From Macrostomum lignano (lineage: Eukaryota): a stretch of 64,000 bases of DNA. The translations under genes and the position numbers were made by a program. This document shows, piece after piece, positions 34,301 through 46,167 of the stretch. The notes below the pieces were generated by a model that did no database searches, was not told where the DNA came from, and was given only the letters and a program-made list of their open reading frames with translations. Within the stretch, counting starts at the first letter, position 1, and each line of letters starts with the position of its first letter. The stretch is from the NCBI GenBank assembly GCA_002269645.1, contig NIVC01000064.1:186001-250000 (forward strand), in the 5' to 3' direction.

Positions 34301-37300
34301 CGGTTCCAGTTTGTCCGGTTCCGGTTTGTCCGGTTCCGGTTTGTCCGGTTCCGGTTTGTCCGGTTCCGGTTTGTCCGGTTCCGGTTTGTCCGGTTCCGGT
34401 TTGTCCGGTTCCGGCTTGTCCAGTTTCCAGAGAATGTTAGTCGATTTCTAGTCATAAAAATATGGCGTCCTTTGAAGACAGAATTAGAAACTTTGGCCTG
34501 ACTTGATCTTCAGGAGGTCTACTATATTTGACTGGCTGTAATTTGCCACAAATTGACTCCCCTGAACCCTAACCCTAAACCCTACTCTAACAATAAACCA
34601 AACCAAACGCCAAACCCTAATCTAAACCTCAACTTTAACCCTAACCTAAAGCGCCGGCAGTTAATTTTTGGCAGTCAAATGTCACCGACAGTCAAATGTC
34701 ACTGACAGTCAAATGTCACAGACATTCAAATGTCACCGACAGTCAAATGTCACCGACAGTCAAATGGCACCGACAGTCAAATGTCACCGACAGTCAAATG
34801 GCACCGACAGTCAAATGTCACCGACAGTCAAATGACACCGACAGTCAAATGTCACCGACAGTCAAATGTCACCCACAGTCAAATGGCACCGACAGTCAAA
34901 TGTCACCAATCTGCATAAGCTGCCCTTACCGTGGCAATCGTCTCTGTCAAAGTGGCACTGGTGGCCGATCGGCTCCATCTGCTGAACGACTTCAAAAAAT
35001 GATTCATGCAGTCCAACAGAAACGGCTGCAGCATTTCGCTTTGCGAATACTTGTTGTGATCGGATAGGCGGAACGCGTAAAACTCGACTTCGCTTCGATA
35101 GAATTTGGTAAGATAGCGCTCGCTGTCGAACTATGATGGGACATGGAATGGTGAATAATGGCATCATGCAGGAATGTATTCAGGGCATTGGTTGTTAAAT
35201 TAAGCAAGGCCTAGGTGTCACATCCTGCTGGGGGGGGGGGCGTGGCCTAGAAGTCTAGCGCGGCCGATCTGAGGTGCCAGCGGCCCAAGTTTGCTGGGAT
35301 AAACTGGAATCTCGGCTTGGCTCTGCTCGTGCAATTACCGGCCTTGAGGGCCAACCCCCCAAGACACAGTGAAGTGTACATGCCTAACGATAAATAAAGT
35401 TAGTGCCGCTGTACACTCCCGTGTGAGTGTGTGCCTGTGCGTATGACTGCGTACGTATCCGCGCGCTTGTGTGCCTGCTCAGGGGAGTCGGCGGAATGGG
35501 CAGTAATGCCTCTCGCCGGTCGTGTGACAATGTCGCTCAAAGACCAACTCACTAACCGAATGTTGCTTTAACTCCAGGTCTTAAACGAATCCTTGCTCTA
35601 ATTACAATAAGGTTAAATAGGTCATTAGTGCACCCGATGCTGCTGACCCAACTCAGTTTATCAAACAAGTTATTCTTTTATCCCGGTAAAACGCCGAACA
35701 ACCAGAAGGTACTCACCAGACTGGGAAGGAAAAAGTACTGTGACGATACGAAAATCCCCACTCTTGAAGCCTGAAAAAAAATTTCAGATCAGTTAATCAA
35801 AACGGACATAAAAATGCTAAGTATTGTCATACTGGCATCGGATTAGCTATCCTCAAACCTGAGTGAGAGCTCTCTCCATAAGCGGCAGATTGGGCTCGTC
35901 AAACAGCATAATCCAGCCCATACCGGATGACAGAGTGTTCGGGTTGTAACGGGCAAATAAATTGTAGATTTGCTCATCCGAACTATTCGCCCGGATGGTG
36001 TGAACGCTGAATACTCGTCTGTCAAAGTTCACCAGGAACTGGCTGCTGGCTGCGGGGAACAAAGTGGGTGCTCTGATCTGTTTATTACGCATGGAGGAAA
36101 AGAACAACTTAGGAGTGCTACTTAAGGAGCGGGATATTTTTGTTTTAAGTCTCACTGTAAAGATAACAAGAACTACTGTGTTAGTTGTACCATTGACCTT
36201 CTGTCACAGACAATCACAATAGACTGTCGTTTTTTCGGGAAACTTCATGAATCAAGAATAGAATAGTCTATGGTTTTAAGTGGGAGGGGGCTGCAAGAAG
36301 TTCAATGATCGAATTCTATAATTAGTATCGTCTATGACGATCTAAATGGCAATTTGGACAAATCAAAACGGGACGCAAGCCAGACATTCAAGCCAGGCTG
36401 CTTGAGAATACACGACCATAGAATGTGGAATGTACAATCGAAATGAGTAAAAGCCATTCAAAACGGGAAATCTCCAAAAGTCAGTGGAAACACGACTTCT
36501 AGTGTCTATGGCAGAAAACTCCCATCAATTCCTCCACAAGCCAGTAGGAGAGATGGAAGAATCTTCACTTTTTTTGCTTTGCTTTTGCTTCAGCGCGTGT
36601 CTATGGCAAATACCTCTCACCCCTACGGGGCTCTATGGAAGTGTGTAAGCCTTCCTTGTAACTGAAGGCTGTAATTAAATCAGATTAGCACTTCATCTTT
36701 ATTCCTTCCTCCCGATCCATTGTTTTTCATTGATTCTGCGCTTTTGTCTATGGCCCAAACTTTATTATACAACAGGACAACGCCAAAACCTACAATCAGC
36801 TGATTAAAGGTAAAAAACAATGGCAAAAGTTGCTTTGAAAGTGGCTTTTACCTGGAGTACCATCGGACACGGCCACCAGAGAAGTTCTCTTGTAAACCAA
36901 AGAAACCGAGTAGAGAGCTTCGCTTAGGTGATAATTGTCTATTTGAATCTCAAATATATTTGGCGTGCCTGGCGGAAAGCTGAACACATTTTTCTTAATA
37001 ATAAAGTAAGGAATTTCCATTGAGTAGGAGGCGATAGCCAGGCTGATGTAGTAATCAGATAGCACAGCTGCCGCACCGACCATGGTGAGGTTCTGTTGAA
37101 CTGTGCGGATTGGAAGATCAGGTTAAAATCAATAAAATTCTATGCACATGCTAACATCATTGTTTACGTTCCGTCTCTCCTAGTCGCTGTCACTCTCTAC
37201 TGTCACTCCCTGATAATCCCCGACTGTCACTCCATGATAATCCCCGACTGTCACTCCATGATAATCCCCGACTGTCACTCCATGATAATCCCCGACTGTC

Positions 37301-38340
37301 ACTCCATGATAATCCCCGACTGTCACTCCATGATAACCCCAGACTGTCACTCCATGATAATCCCCGACTGTCACTCCCTGATAATCCCCGACTGTCACTC
37401 CATGATAATCCCCGACTGTCACTCCCTGATAATCCCCGACTGTCACTCCATGATAATCCCCGACTGTCCCTCCATGACAATCCCCGACTGTCACTCCATG
37501 ATAATCCCCGACTGTCACTCCATGATAATCCCCGACTGTCACTCCATGATAACCCCAGACTGTCACTCCATGATAATCCCCGACTGTCACTCCATGATAA
37601 TCCCCGACTGTCATTCCATGATAATCCCCGACTGTCACTCCCTGATAATCCCCGACTGTCACTCCATGATAATCCCCGACTGTCACTCCATGACAATCCC
37701 TGACTGTCACTCCATGACAATCCACGACTGTCACTCCATTATATCCGCAACTGTCACTTCAATACACTGTATATCTGCAATTATCACTCGGCCATTATTT
37801 CCAAAATTATCACTCCATTACATCCCAAATTGTCACTCCATTGTATCATAAATTGTCACTCCATTATATCCGCCAATTGTCACTCCATTACATCCCGAAT
37901 TGTCACTCCATTACATCCCAAATTGTCACTCCATTACATCCCCAATTGTCACTCCATTTCATCTCCAATTGTCACTCCAATATATACCAAATTGTCACTC
38001 CATTATTTCCCCCAATTTTCAATTCATTTCATCCCCAATTGTCACTCATTTATATCCCCCGACTGTCACTCGATGTCAATCGCCAGTGCCACCCCATGTT
38101 TCTCTCTTTCACCTCGTTGCGCATTTAATTTAAGCCAGCTTTCACAAAAGCGATATCACATTCAACATGCAGACTCACCAGTTTCTGCGTGGGAGGCATC
38201 TTCAAACAGGCCTCTGATTGGCAGATAAGTGAAGTTAAGCGATATGCCAGTAGTCAAGACATAGGGAAAAAGTGTCCTATAAAGGTTTCGCTGAGTTTCC
38301 AGAGATTTCACGGCGGAGAAGACATCGTAATCTTCAATAG
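22301..38340 (-). CDS. Divergent ionotropic glutamate receptor-like gene. Exons: 38179-38340, 36852-37100, 36191-36267 (contains a TGA; alternative is extending the next exon to 36154), block B [35859-36077, 35717-35770, 34930-35130, 33995-34228, 30963-31118, 29721-30863], block A [28495-28713, 28353-28406, 27567-27767, 26598-26831, 25438-25593, 24196-25338], terminal exon 22301-22489. First (signal) exon not found.
   Basis: ATD-like exons, LBD S1 (EPYF..GLCIEIV; SADVSLNFLSPTFDRVDHVDLS), M1-M4 with M3 TTYLSNLVAF, and S2 cysteines. All listed junctions are GT-AG and phase-compatible. Confidence 0.85.
22690..24001. repeat. 15-bp satellite (GGGGCTTTAGCACCA, then GGGGCGCCAGCACCA), about 87 units, in the last iGluR intron
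   Basis: Period 15; sharp switch of variant at about 23531; lies between donor 24195 and acceptor 22490. Confidence 0.97.
25644..26573. repeat. 14-bp satellite (CCAGATCCTAGATC), about 66 units, intronic, copy A
   Basis: Period 14, a dimer of the 7-mers CCAGATC and CTAGATC. Confidence 0.97.
26887..27027. repeat. 15-bp array (GGTTCCGGTTTGTCC)n; second copy at about 34284-34424
   Basis: Direct reading. Confidence 0.9.
27167..27545. repeat. Degenerate CCCTAA-rich tract followed by a 17-bp minisatellite (GTCACCGACAGTCAAAT); second copy at about 34560-34910
   Basis: Direct reading; period 17. Confidence 0.85.
28746..29526. repeat. 15-bp satellite, copy B, about 52 units with interleaved variants
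   Basis: Same two unit variants as 22690-24001, in a different order. Confidence 0.97.
31169..33970. repeat. 14-bp satellite (CCAGATCCTAGATC), about 200 units, intronic, copy B
   Basis: Period 14, nearly homogeneous. Confidence 0.97.
37195..38090. repeat. 24-bp minisatellite (ATAATCCCCGACTGTCACTCCATG), about 22 units to about 37740, then a degenerate extension; iGluR intron
   Basis: Direct reading. Confidence 0.93.
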
Positions 38341-38471
38341 CTGAAAATTTAACAAATCAGAGTGGTTCACCATGCTTTATGGTTCTGAACAACATTGGCA
38401 ATGGATGAAAACAACAATGAGTTATAAATCTATACAAGGGGCAAAATGAATCAAGAATTAATTGATAATCT

Positions 38472-39012
38472 ATATCCAACATCATGGATAAATGCAGTTA
38501 GAATTTGGATTGCTAATCTATCCAACATCATGGATAAATGCAGTTAGAATTTGGATTGCTAATCTATCCAACATCACAGATAAATGCAATTAGAATTTGG
38601 ATTGCTAATCTATCCAACATCATGGATTAATGAAATTAGAATTTGGATTGCTAATCTATCCAACATCATGGATAAATGCAATTAGAATTTGGATTGCTAA
38701 TCTATTCAACATCACGGATAAATGCAATTAGAATTTGGATTGCTAATCTATCCAACAACATGGATAAATGCAATTAGAATTTGGATTGCTAATCTATCCA
38801 ACATCATGGATAAATGCAGTTAGAATTTGGATTGCTAATCTATCCAACATCATGGATTAATGAAATTAGAATTTGGATTGCTAATCTATCCAACATCATG
38901 GATTAATGAAATTAGAATTTGGATTGCTAATCTATCCAACAACATGGATAAATGCAATTAGAATTTGGATTGCTAATCTATCCAACATCATGGATAAATG
39001 CAGTTAGAATTT
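38472..39012. repeat. 46-bp minisatellite, about 12 units
   Basis: Unit CTATCCAACATCATGGATAAATGCAGTTAGAATTTGGATTGCTAAT. Confidence 0.95.
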
Positions 39013-39022
39013 ATCCATTAGA

Positions 39023-39085
39023 GTTAAGTGTCTTGCTCAAGGACACAAATTGTTCCAAGTGAGTCAAAAATCGAACCCCCGACCT
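39023..39085 (+). mobile_element. MIR/L2-like SINE or LINE 3' fragment
   Basis: GTTAAGTGTCTTGCTCAAGGACAC...ATCGAACCCC resembles the conserved MIR/L2-type tail motif. Confidence 0.45.
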
Positions 39086-39419
39086 TCAAGTCGTCATTCA
39101 AGTCGACTGTCAGCTGTCAAGGCAGCAGCCAAATTCGTAGGTACCGCCAGCACTAGAAGCGCAAAAGCTATAGGGGGTCATGTCCCCCATCGCCCCCCAC
39201 CCCTTGCCCAGGCCCATGCTTCGAATCGCTCACTCGAAAATAAAAAGAGACAATGGAAAAGGCACCAAAAGAAGCGATTTCCGTTCGATGTGGAAGCGCT
39301 AACAAATTGTATTTACCTAGCAAAGGCATTTATAACAAAAATACGAATTATACATGTATATGGAATTAAAAACTATTGGACACACATATCAACTATCTAC
39401 ACATTGTCAAAATTTACAA

Positions 39420-41608
39420 GTAGACACAACAATCACCTGTAAGACACAACCATCAATTCTTAGACACAATCATAACCTGTCAGCATCACCTGTTAGACAC
39501 AATCATCACCTGTCAGCATCACCTGTTAGACACAATCATCACCTGTCAGCATCACCTGTTAGACACAATCATCACCTGTCAGCATCACCTGTTAGACACA
39601 ATCATCACCTGTCAGCATCACCTGTTAGACACAATCATCACCTGTCAGACACAGTCATCACCTGTTAGACACAATCATCACCTGTTAGACACAAGCATCA
39701 CCTGTTAGACAAAATCATCACCTGTTAGACACAGTCATCACCTGTTAGACACAACCATCACCTGTTAGACACAAGCATCACCTGTTAGACAAAATCATCA
39801 CCTGTTAGACACAGTCATCACCTGTTAGACACAACCATCACCTGTTAGACACAAGCATCACCTGTTAGACAAAATCATCACCTGTTAGACACAGTCATCA
39901 CCTGTTAGACACAACCATCACCTGTTAGACACAGTCATCACCTGTTAGACAAAATCATCACCTGTTAGACAAAATCATCACCTGTTAGACAAAATCATCA
40001 CCTGTTAGACACAGTCATCACCTGTTAGACACAATCATCACCTGTTAGACACAAGCATCACCTGTTAGACAAAATCATCACCTGTTAGACACAGTCATCA
40101 CCTGTTAGACACAACCATCACCTGTTAGACACAAGCATCACCTGTTAGACAAAATCATCACCTGTTAGACACAATCATCACCTGTTAGACACAACCATCA
40201 CCTGTTAGACACAAGCATCACCTGTTAGACACAATCATCACCTGTTAGACATAATCATCACATGTTAGACACAATCTCACCTGTCAGACACAATCATCAC
40301 CTGTTAGACATAATCATCACCTGTTAGACATAATCATCACCTGTTAGACATAATCATCACCTGTTAGACACAAGCATCACCTGTTAGACACAAGCATCAC
40401 CTGTTAGACACAATCATCACCTGTTAGACATAATCATCACCTGTTAGACATAATCATCACCTGTTAGACACAATCTCACCTGTTAGACACAAGAATCACC
40501 TGTTAGACACAGTCATCACCTGTCAGACACAATTATCACCTGTCAGACACAGTCATCACCTGTCAGACACAGTCATCACCTGTTAGACACAGTCATCACC
40601 TGTTAGACACAGTCATCACCTGTTAGATACAGTCATCACCTGTTAGACACAGTCATCACCTGTTAGATACAGTCATCACCTGTTAGACACAATCATCACC
40701 TGTTAGACACAGTCATCACCTGTTAGACACAATCATCACCTGTTAGACACAGTCATCACCTGTTAGACACAACCATCACCTGTTAGACATAATCATCACC
40801 TGTCAGACACAGTCATCACCTGTTGGACGCAGTCATCACCTGTTAGACACAGTCATCACCTGTTAGATACAGTCATCACCTGTTAGACACAGTCATCACC
40901 TGTTAGATACAGTCATCACCTGTTAGACACAATCATCACCTGTTAGACACAGTCATCACCTGTTAGATACAGTCATCACCTGTTAGACACAGTCATCACC
41001 TGTTAGATACAGTCATCACCTGTTAGACACAATCATCACCTGTTAGACACAGTCATCACCTGTTAGACACAACCATCACCTGTTAGACATAATCATCACC
41101 TGTTAGACACAATCATCACCTGTTAGACACAATCATCACCTGTTAGACACAATCATCACCTGTTAGACATAATCATCACCTGTTAGACATAATCATCACC
41201 TGTTAGACATAATCATCACCTGTTAGACATAATCATCACCTGTTAGACACAATCATCACCTGTTAGACACAATCATCACCTGTTAGACATAATCATCACC
41301 TGTTAGACATAATCATCACCTGTTAGACACAATCATCACCTGTTAGACACAATCATCACCTGTTAGACACAATCATCACCTGTTAGACACAATCATCACC
41401 TGTTAGACACAATCATCACCTGTTAGACATAATCATCACCTGATAGACATAATCATCACCTGTTAGACACAATCCTCACCTGTTAGACATAATCATCACC
41501 TGTTAGACATAATCATCACCTGTTAGACATAATCATCACCTGTTAGACACAGTCATCACCTGTTAGACACAGTCATCACCTGTTGGACGCAGTCATCACC
41601 TGTCAGAC
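39420..41608. repeat. 20-bp minisatellite (CATCACCTGTTAGACACAAT), about 105 units
   Basis: Direct reading; starts with a short 33-bp (20+13) variant stretch. Confidence 0.97.
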
Positions 41609-41620
41609 AACCTAGTCAGT

Positions 41621-44600
41621 CTATAATCCGGCGTAATTTCTTAGAAATTGACGCAGAAACCTCAGCGGTCTCCAGTAGCAGTCTCTGTTTCCGCCAGCGG
41701 CAGCAGGTCTGGGCGATCGCCAACCAGAATCCAAAGTTGCTTTGAGCAACAGAAAACTTTTGTCATCTCTACACCGCAACAGATGGATTGGCCAGCTCCA
41801 GCTGTTGCCCTCTTCTAGGGGAAGAGCTGGCCAAGCATCAAGCCACGCAGAAGGAGTCTTCGCTGAAAAGGTTCCCTCCTCTAGTGGGATCACGACGAAA
41901 GGTTCCTGTATAGGAAGGAGATTAAATGGCGGTTGATACATATGGATATTATTGTGTCCAACAGGTGATGACTGTGGCTAACAGGTGATGACTGTGTCTA
42001 ACAGGTGATGACTGTGTCTAACAGGTGATGATTATGTCTAACAGGTGATGATTGTGTCTAACAGGTGATGCTTGTGTCTAACAGGTGATGCTTGTGTCTA
42101 ACAGGTGATGACTGTGTCTAACATGTGATGCTTGTGTCTGAAAGGTGATGACTGTGTCTAACAGGTGATGCTTGTGTCTAACAGGTGATGACTGTGTCTA
42201 ACAGGTGATGCTTGTGTCTGACAGGTGATGATTGTGTCTAACAGGTGATGCTTGTGTCGCGCTCTCACCGCACAGTCGGGCCTATAGAAGGCCAGTTCGC
42301 TGCCCTCGCCATCACTGAGCCGCCCTCTAACGCACAACGCCCTGTCGCCGTGACACCGAAGCCACGCCTGCTCCCACCAGTGAATCCGAGGAAGAAATGG
42401 CGAATTATAGATTCGAACTTGCGTTGTCTGCTCTGAGTCATTTTGAAACGTTTACCATCGTTCTCTGTTGTCATGGTAACCAAATAGTCGCTTTCTTGTC
42501 CAAGCCACGACAAACAGTGAAAACCGCAAACCGGTCCTTCAATGCAAATCCGCCGGGCTAGGCAAAGACGAGAATTCGACTCCCTGTCTCCATGGCAACC
42601 GCAGTTGACGTTAATTAGCGAGACGAATCCGTTAGAATAGGCGCTCTGCACCGTCAGGACTGCCAACTGACGAGAGATCGGGAGCTTCACAGCGCTAAAA
42701 AGAAAGCTCGTGCCGGAATCGAACTTCATGGAAACGAACGGAATCTTTGCAGATGCTCTCTGTTCAATAGGCAAAGTTAAAAGCAGCAGACGGCTTTCTG
42801 TAGTTAGCAGCAGAAGCAAAGGTCGGCCAGAGCAGCTCGGGCAGGAGCGATAAGACAGCGCATCAAGTACTCTTTCTTTGTTGCGCAGCTGAAATACTCC
42901 AATCGGAGCAAGCTTGGCGCAACAATTCAAGCGAATCGGTACGACAGCGTAACTGGCTTCGGACTCTGTCCAGCCCGGAAGCACGAGGTAATCTGCCGAG
43001 CCGCGAGCCGGATCAGCCGACATCAAAGCGTCAAAGTTGCAGACTTGAAAGCAGAGCCGAATGATGTGCAGTTGAGCTGTGTCAAGCAGCCGGATTTCGA
43101 CCGTTGCTGCTGCTGCTGTGCTGTCTTGGGTGCCGGAGTCTGCGGATGCGGTCACACTCTGTAACAGTGTGCGGAACAGTGAACGGTACTTAAACCTGAG
43201 TGACCAACTTTAGAGTGACCACTTTAAAATGATACCGAAACCGGAGTGACCAATTTAAAATGATACCGAAACCGGAGTGACCAATTTAAAATGATACTGA
43301 AACCGGAGTGACCAAATTAAAATAATACTGAAACCTTGGAGTGACCAAATTAAAATGATACTAAAACCTTGGAGTGACCAACTTAATATGATACTGAAAC
43401 CGGAGTGACCAACTTAATACGATACTGAAACCGTAGTGACCACTTTAAAATGATACCGAAACCGGAGTGACCAATTTAAAATGATACCGAAACCGGAGTG
43501 ACCAATTTAAAATGATACTGAAACCGGAGTGACCAAATTAAAATAATACTGAAACCTTGGAGTGACCAAATTAAAATGATACTAAAACCTTGGAGTGACC
43601 AACTTAATATGATACTGAAACCGGAGTGACCAACTTAAAATGATACTGAAACCGGAGTGACCAACTTAAAATGATACTGAAACCTTGGAGTGACCAACTT
43701 AATATGATACTGAAACCGGAGTGACCAATTTAAAATGATACTGAAACCGGAGTGACCAATATAAAATGATACTGAAACCGGAGTGACCAACTTAAAATGA
43801 TACTAAAACCTTGGAGTGACCAACTTAATATGATACTGAAACCGGAGTGACCAACTTAATACGATACTGAAACCGTAGTGACCACTTTAAAATGATACCG
43901 AAACCGGAGTGACCAATTTAAAATGATACCGAAACCGGAGTGACCAATTTAAAATGATACTGAAACCGGAGTGACCAAATTAAAATAATACTGAAACCTT
44001 GGAGTGACCAAATTAAAATGATACTAAAACCTTGGAGTGACCAACTTAATATGATACTGAAACCGGAGTGACCAACTTAAAATGATACTGAAACCGGAGT
44101 GACCAACTTAATACGATACTGAAACCGTAGTGACCAATTTAAAATGATACTGAAACCTTGGAGTGACCAATTTAAAATGATACTGAAACCTTGGAGTGAC
44201 CAACTTAAAATGATACTGAAACCTTGGAGTGACCAACTTAATATGATACTGAAACCGGAGTGACCAATTTAAAATGATACTGAAACCGGAGTGACCAACT
44301 TAATACGATACTGAAACCGAGACCGATTTAAAATGATACTGAAACCTTGGAGTGACCAACTTAAAATGATACTGAAACCGGAGTGACCAACTTAAAATAA
44401 TACTGAAACCGAGACCAATTAAAAATGATACTGAAACCTTGGAGTGACCAACTTAAAATGATACTGAAACCGGAGTGACCAACTTAAAATGATACTGAAA
44501 CCGGAGTGACCAACTTAAAATGATACCGAAACCGGAGTGACCAATATAAAATGATACTGAAACCGGAGTGACCAATATAAAATGATACTGAAACCGGAGT

Positions 44601-45186
44601 GACCAATATAAAATGATACTGAAACCGGAGTGACCAATATAAAATGATACTGAAACCGGAGTGACCAATATAAAATGATACTGAAACCGTAGTGACCAAT
44701 ATAAAATGATACTGAAACCGGAGTGACCAATTTAAAATGATACTGAAACCAGATTGATTGAATACATTCATAATGCTGAAGCTACAATGATCAAAATTTT
44801 AACCCTATCCCGGATGCCAGTCTCACTGCTCGCAACAGCTGCAGACTGCATGAGCTGCAATCTTTTTCCCTGACATCGGCAGCCGCCACCTCCCGCAGCT
44901 CCTGGCAAGCCGCTCCGCTGCAGGCCAGCAGTTGCCAGGCGCGCCGACCTGCGGCAGCGCCGTGAAGTGCATCATTGTCAGCCGATGGGTTCAGCAGCCT
45001 ACGAGCCAGCATCCGCCACGGCCCGGCTTCATCAATTCTATCGCGCCAGCTACGGCACACGAGCCGACATGTGGCGAGGCTGGACAAGTCAGTACAGAGC
45101 AAGATTTTTGCTTGCAAGCTGATTGGCAAATCGCTGCCAAACGGATCGAAATCGCGTGGACAGATTTTGTGTAGGTTTTCGCCTGC
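41621..45186 (-). CDS. F-box protein, about 503 aa, with a beta-rich C-terminal region; exons 44827-45186, 42456-43158, 42269-42432, 41621-41905; no initiating ATG found
   Basis: F-box-like DPFGSDLPISLQAKILLCTDLSSLATCRLVCRSW. Phase-0 joins LLRA|SVTASA and FYRPDCA|EPFVVIP. Needs a 23-nt intron or a 1-bp indel at 42433-42455. Confidence 0.7.
41962..42256. repeat. Same 20-bp minisatellite in inverted orientation, about 15 units, in F-box intron 3
   Basis: Reads AACAGGTGATGACTGTGTCT, the reverse complement of the 39420-41608 unit. Confidence 0.95.
43197..44750. repeat. 31/33-bp minisatellite, about 50 units, with a 221-bp higher-order period; F-box intron 1
   Basis: Unit GAGTGACCAATTTAAAATGATACTGAAACCG; the variant ACCACTTT recurs at 43218, 43439 and 43881. 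Confidence 0.95.
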
Positions 45187-46167
45187 CTGAAATTGTCATC
45201 AGTTTTCATCTTGTAGTTCCCCTTTTAAGGTGAATGAAAAGTTGAAATTAAAGCAACGTAACTGAAAGTGCAAAGTTGTTATTAACTAGTTTGAATCATA
45301 TTTATAAAAACAAATATTATGGACTGGTATTTTAACCAATATATTAACAAATGATAAATTAACAAACTCAACGATATATAAATGTACAAGTAGTGTACAG
45401 ATGTATAGTTATTGTAGTGCTAGAAAATTCCTTCAATATCTTACTTTTAAACTAAAGCACATTATTCTTACTAAATATTTTTAATAAGTAATCTACTGAG
45501 TCTCCATACTATACAACCGGGCAAAATCAATTTAAAGGGAATAAAGAAAAGCAGAACTAAAAATGTAGAGCTTTAGAGTTTAGTTTATCTGCTATTTTTT
45601 TATTTCTACAAAACAAAGTGAGTGTTTGAAAAATTAATTTGCCATAAAATACAACTAGCAGTGTATTTAAAAACACAGAAATACTTAGCAAGTGTTAAAA
45701 ACAAATTTTATAAATTAAAGCAAGTTTTGTTTATAATTATTTTTTTTAGATTTCTTTCTTTCTAAACAAACTAAACTTATTTAGACTTATTACACTAAAA
45801 CGATAAATCGATAAGAATTCTGGACCAGATTTTTTTATTTTTTTGTTACAAAACACATACGCAAGGTCGAAAGGATTCTTTTGGACCTAAAACCAAAATT
45901 CTGGCTAATTGTCATGTGACATGCGTCAGTCAGACTTTTAAGGCAAGCACAAAAAGTTCCCGTGTCTTTGATGTTAAAATTTAGCGTTGACGCCACTAAA
46001 CAACATTAACAAAACTGGTTGACTTCATTCAATAATTTTTATAGTATCGCTGTTTAGCCTTTTAAGTTGGCTATTTTTTATCTCTTCAAACTCTGTTGTT
46101 GCCTATCACGTACGGTACTCCCGTGACCATATCATGTAAAAATATTAACATATACTAAAGATACAAT

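Larger units (their letters stand above)
22725..36077. repeat. Tandem segmental duplication: copy A about 22725-28715, copy B about 28746-36077
   Basis: Collinear near-identical unique sequence with offsets 5525, 7397 and 7364 bp; the offset changes are due to satellite length differences. About 1% substitutions in the large exon. Confidence 0.95.

Noticed and set aside
37096-38228. Repeat-derived ORFs (IIPDCHSM etc.), likewise 56603-57494 and 46246-46992
   Set aside because: They are translations of tandem repeats in introns or in a dead LINE.
38472-39012. CRISPR-like regular arrays, here and elsewhere
   Set aside because: Contiguous tandem units without unique spacers, no cas genes, eukaryotic context.
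39095-39170. Signal-peptide-like stretch (IAFALLVLAVPTNLAAALTA) as the first iGluR exon
   Set aside because: No in-frame ATG and no convincing donor.
41742-42436. Plus-strand exons (MSNRK.., GPIEGQFAALAITEPP..) antisense to the F-box gene
   Set aside because: The minus-strand model explains the region with consensus splice sites and an open frame; the plus-strand donor is weak.
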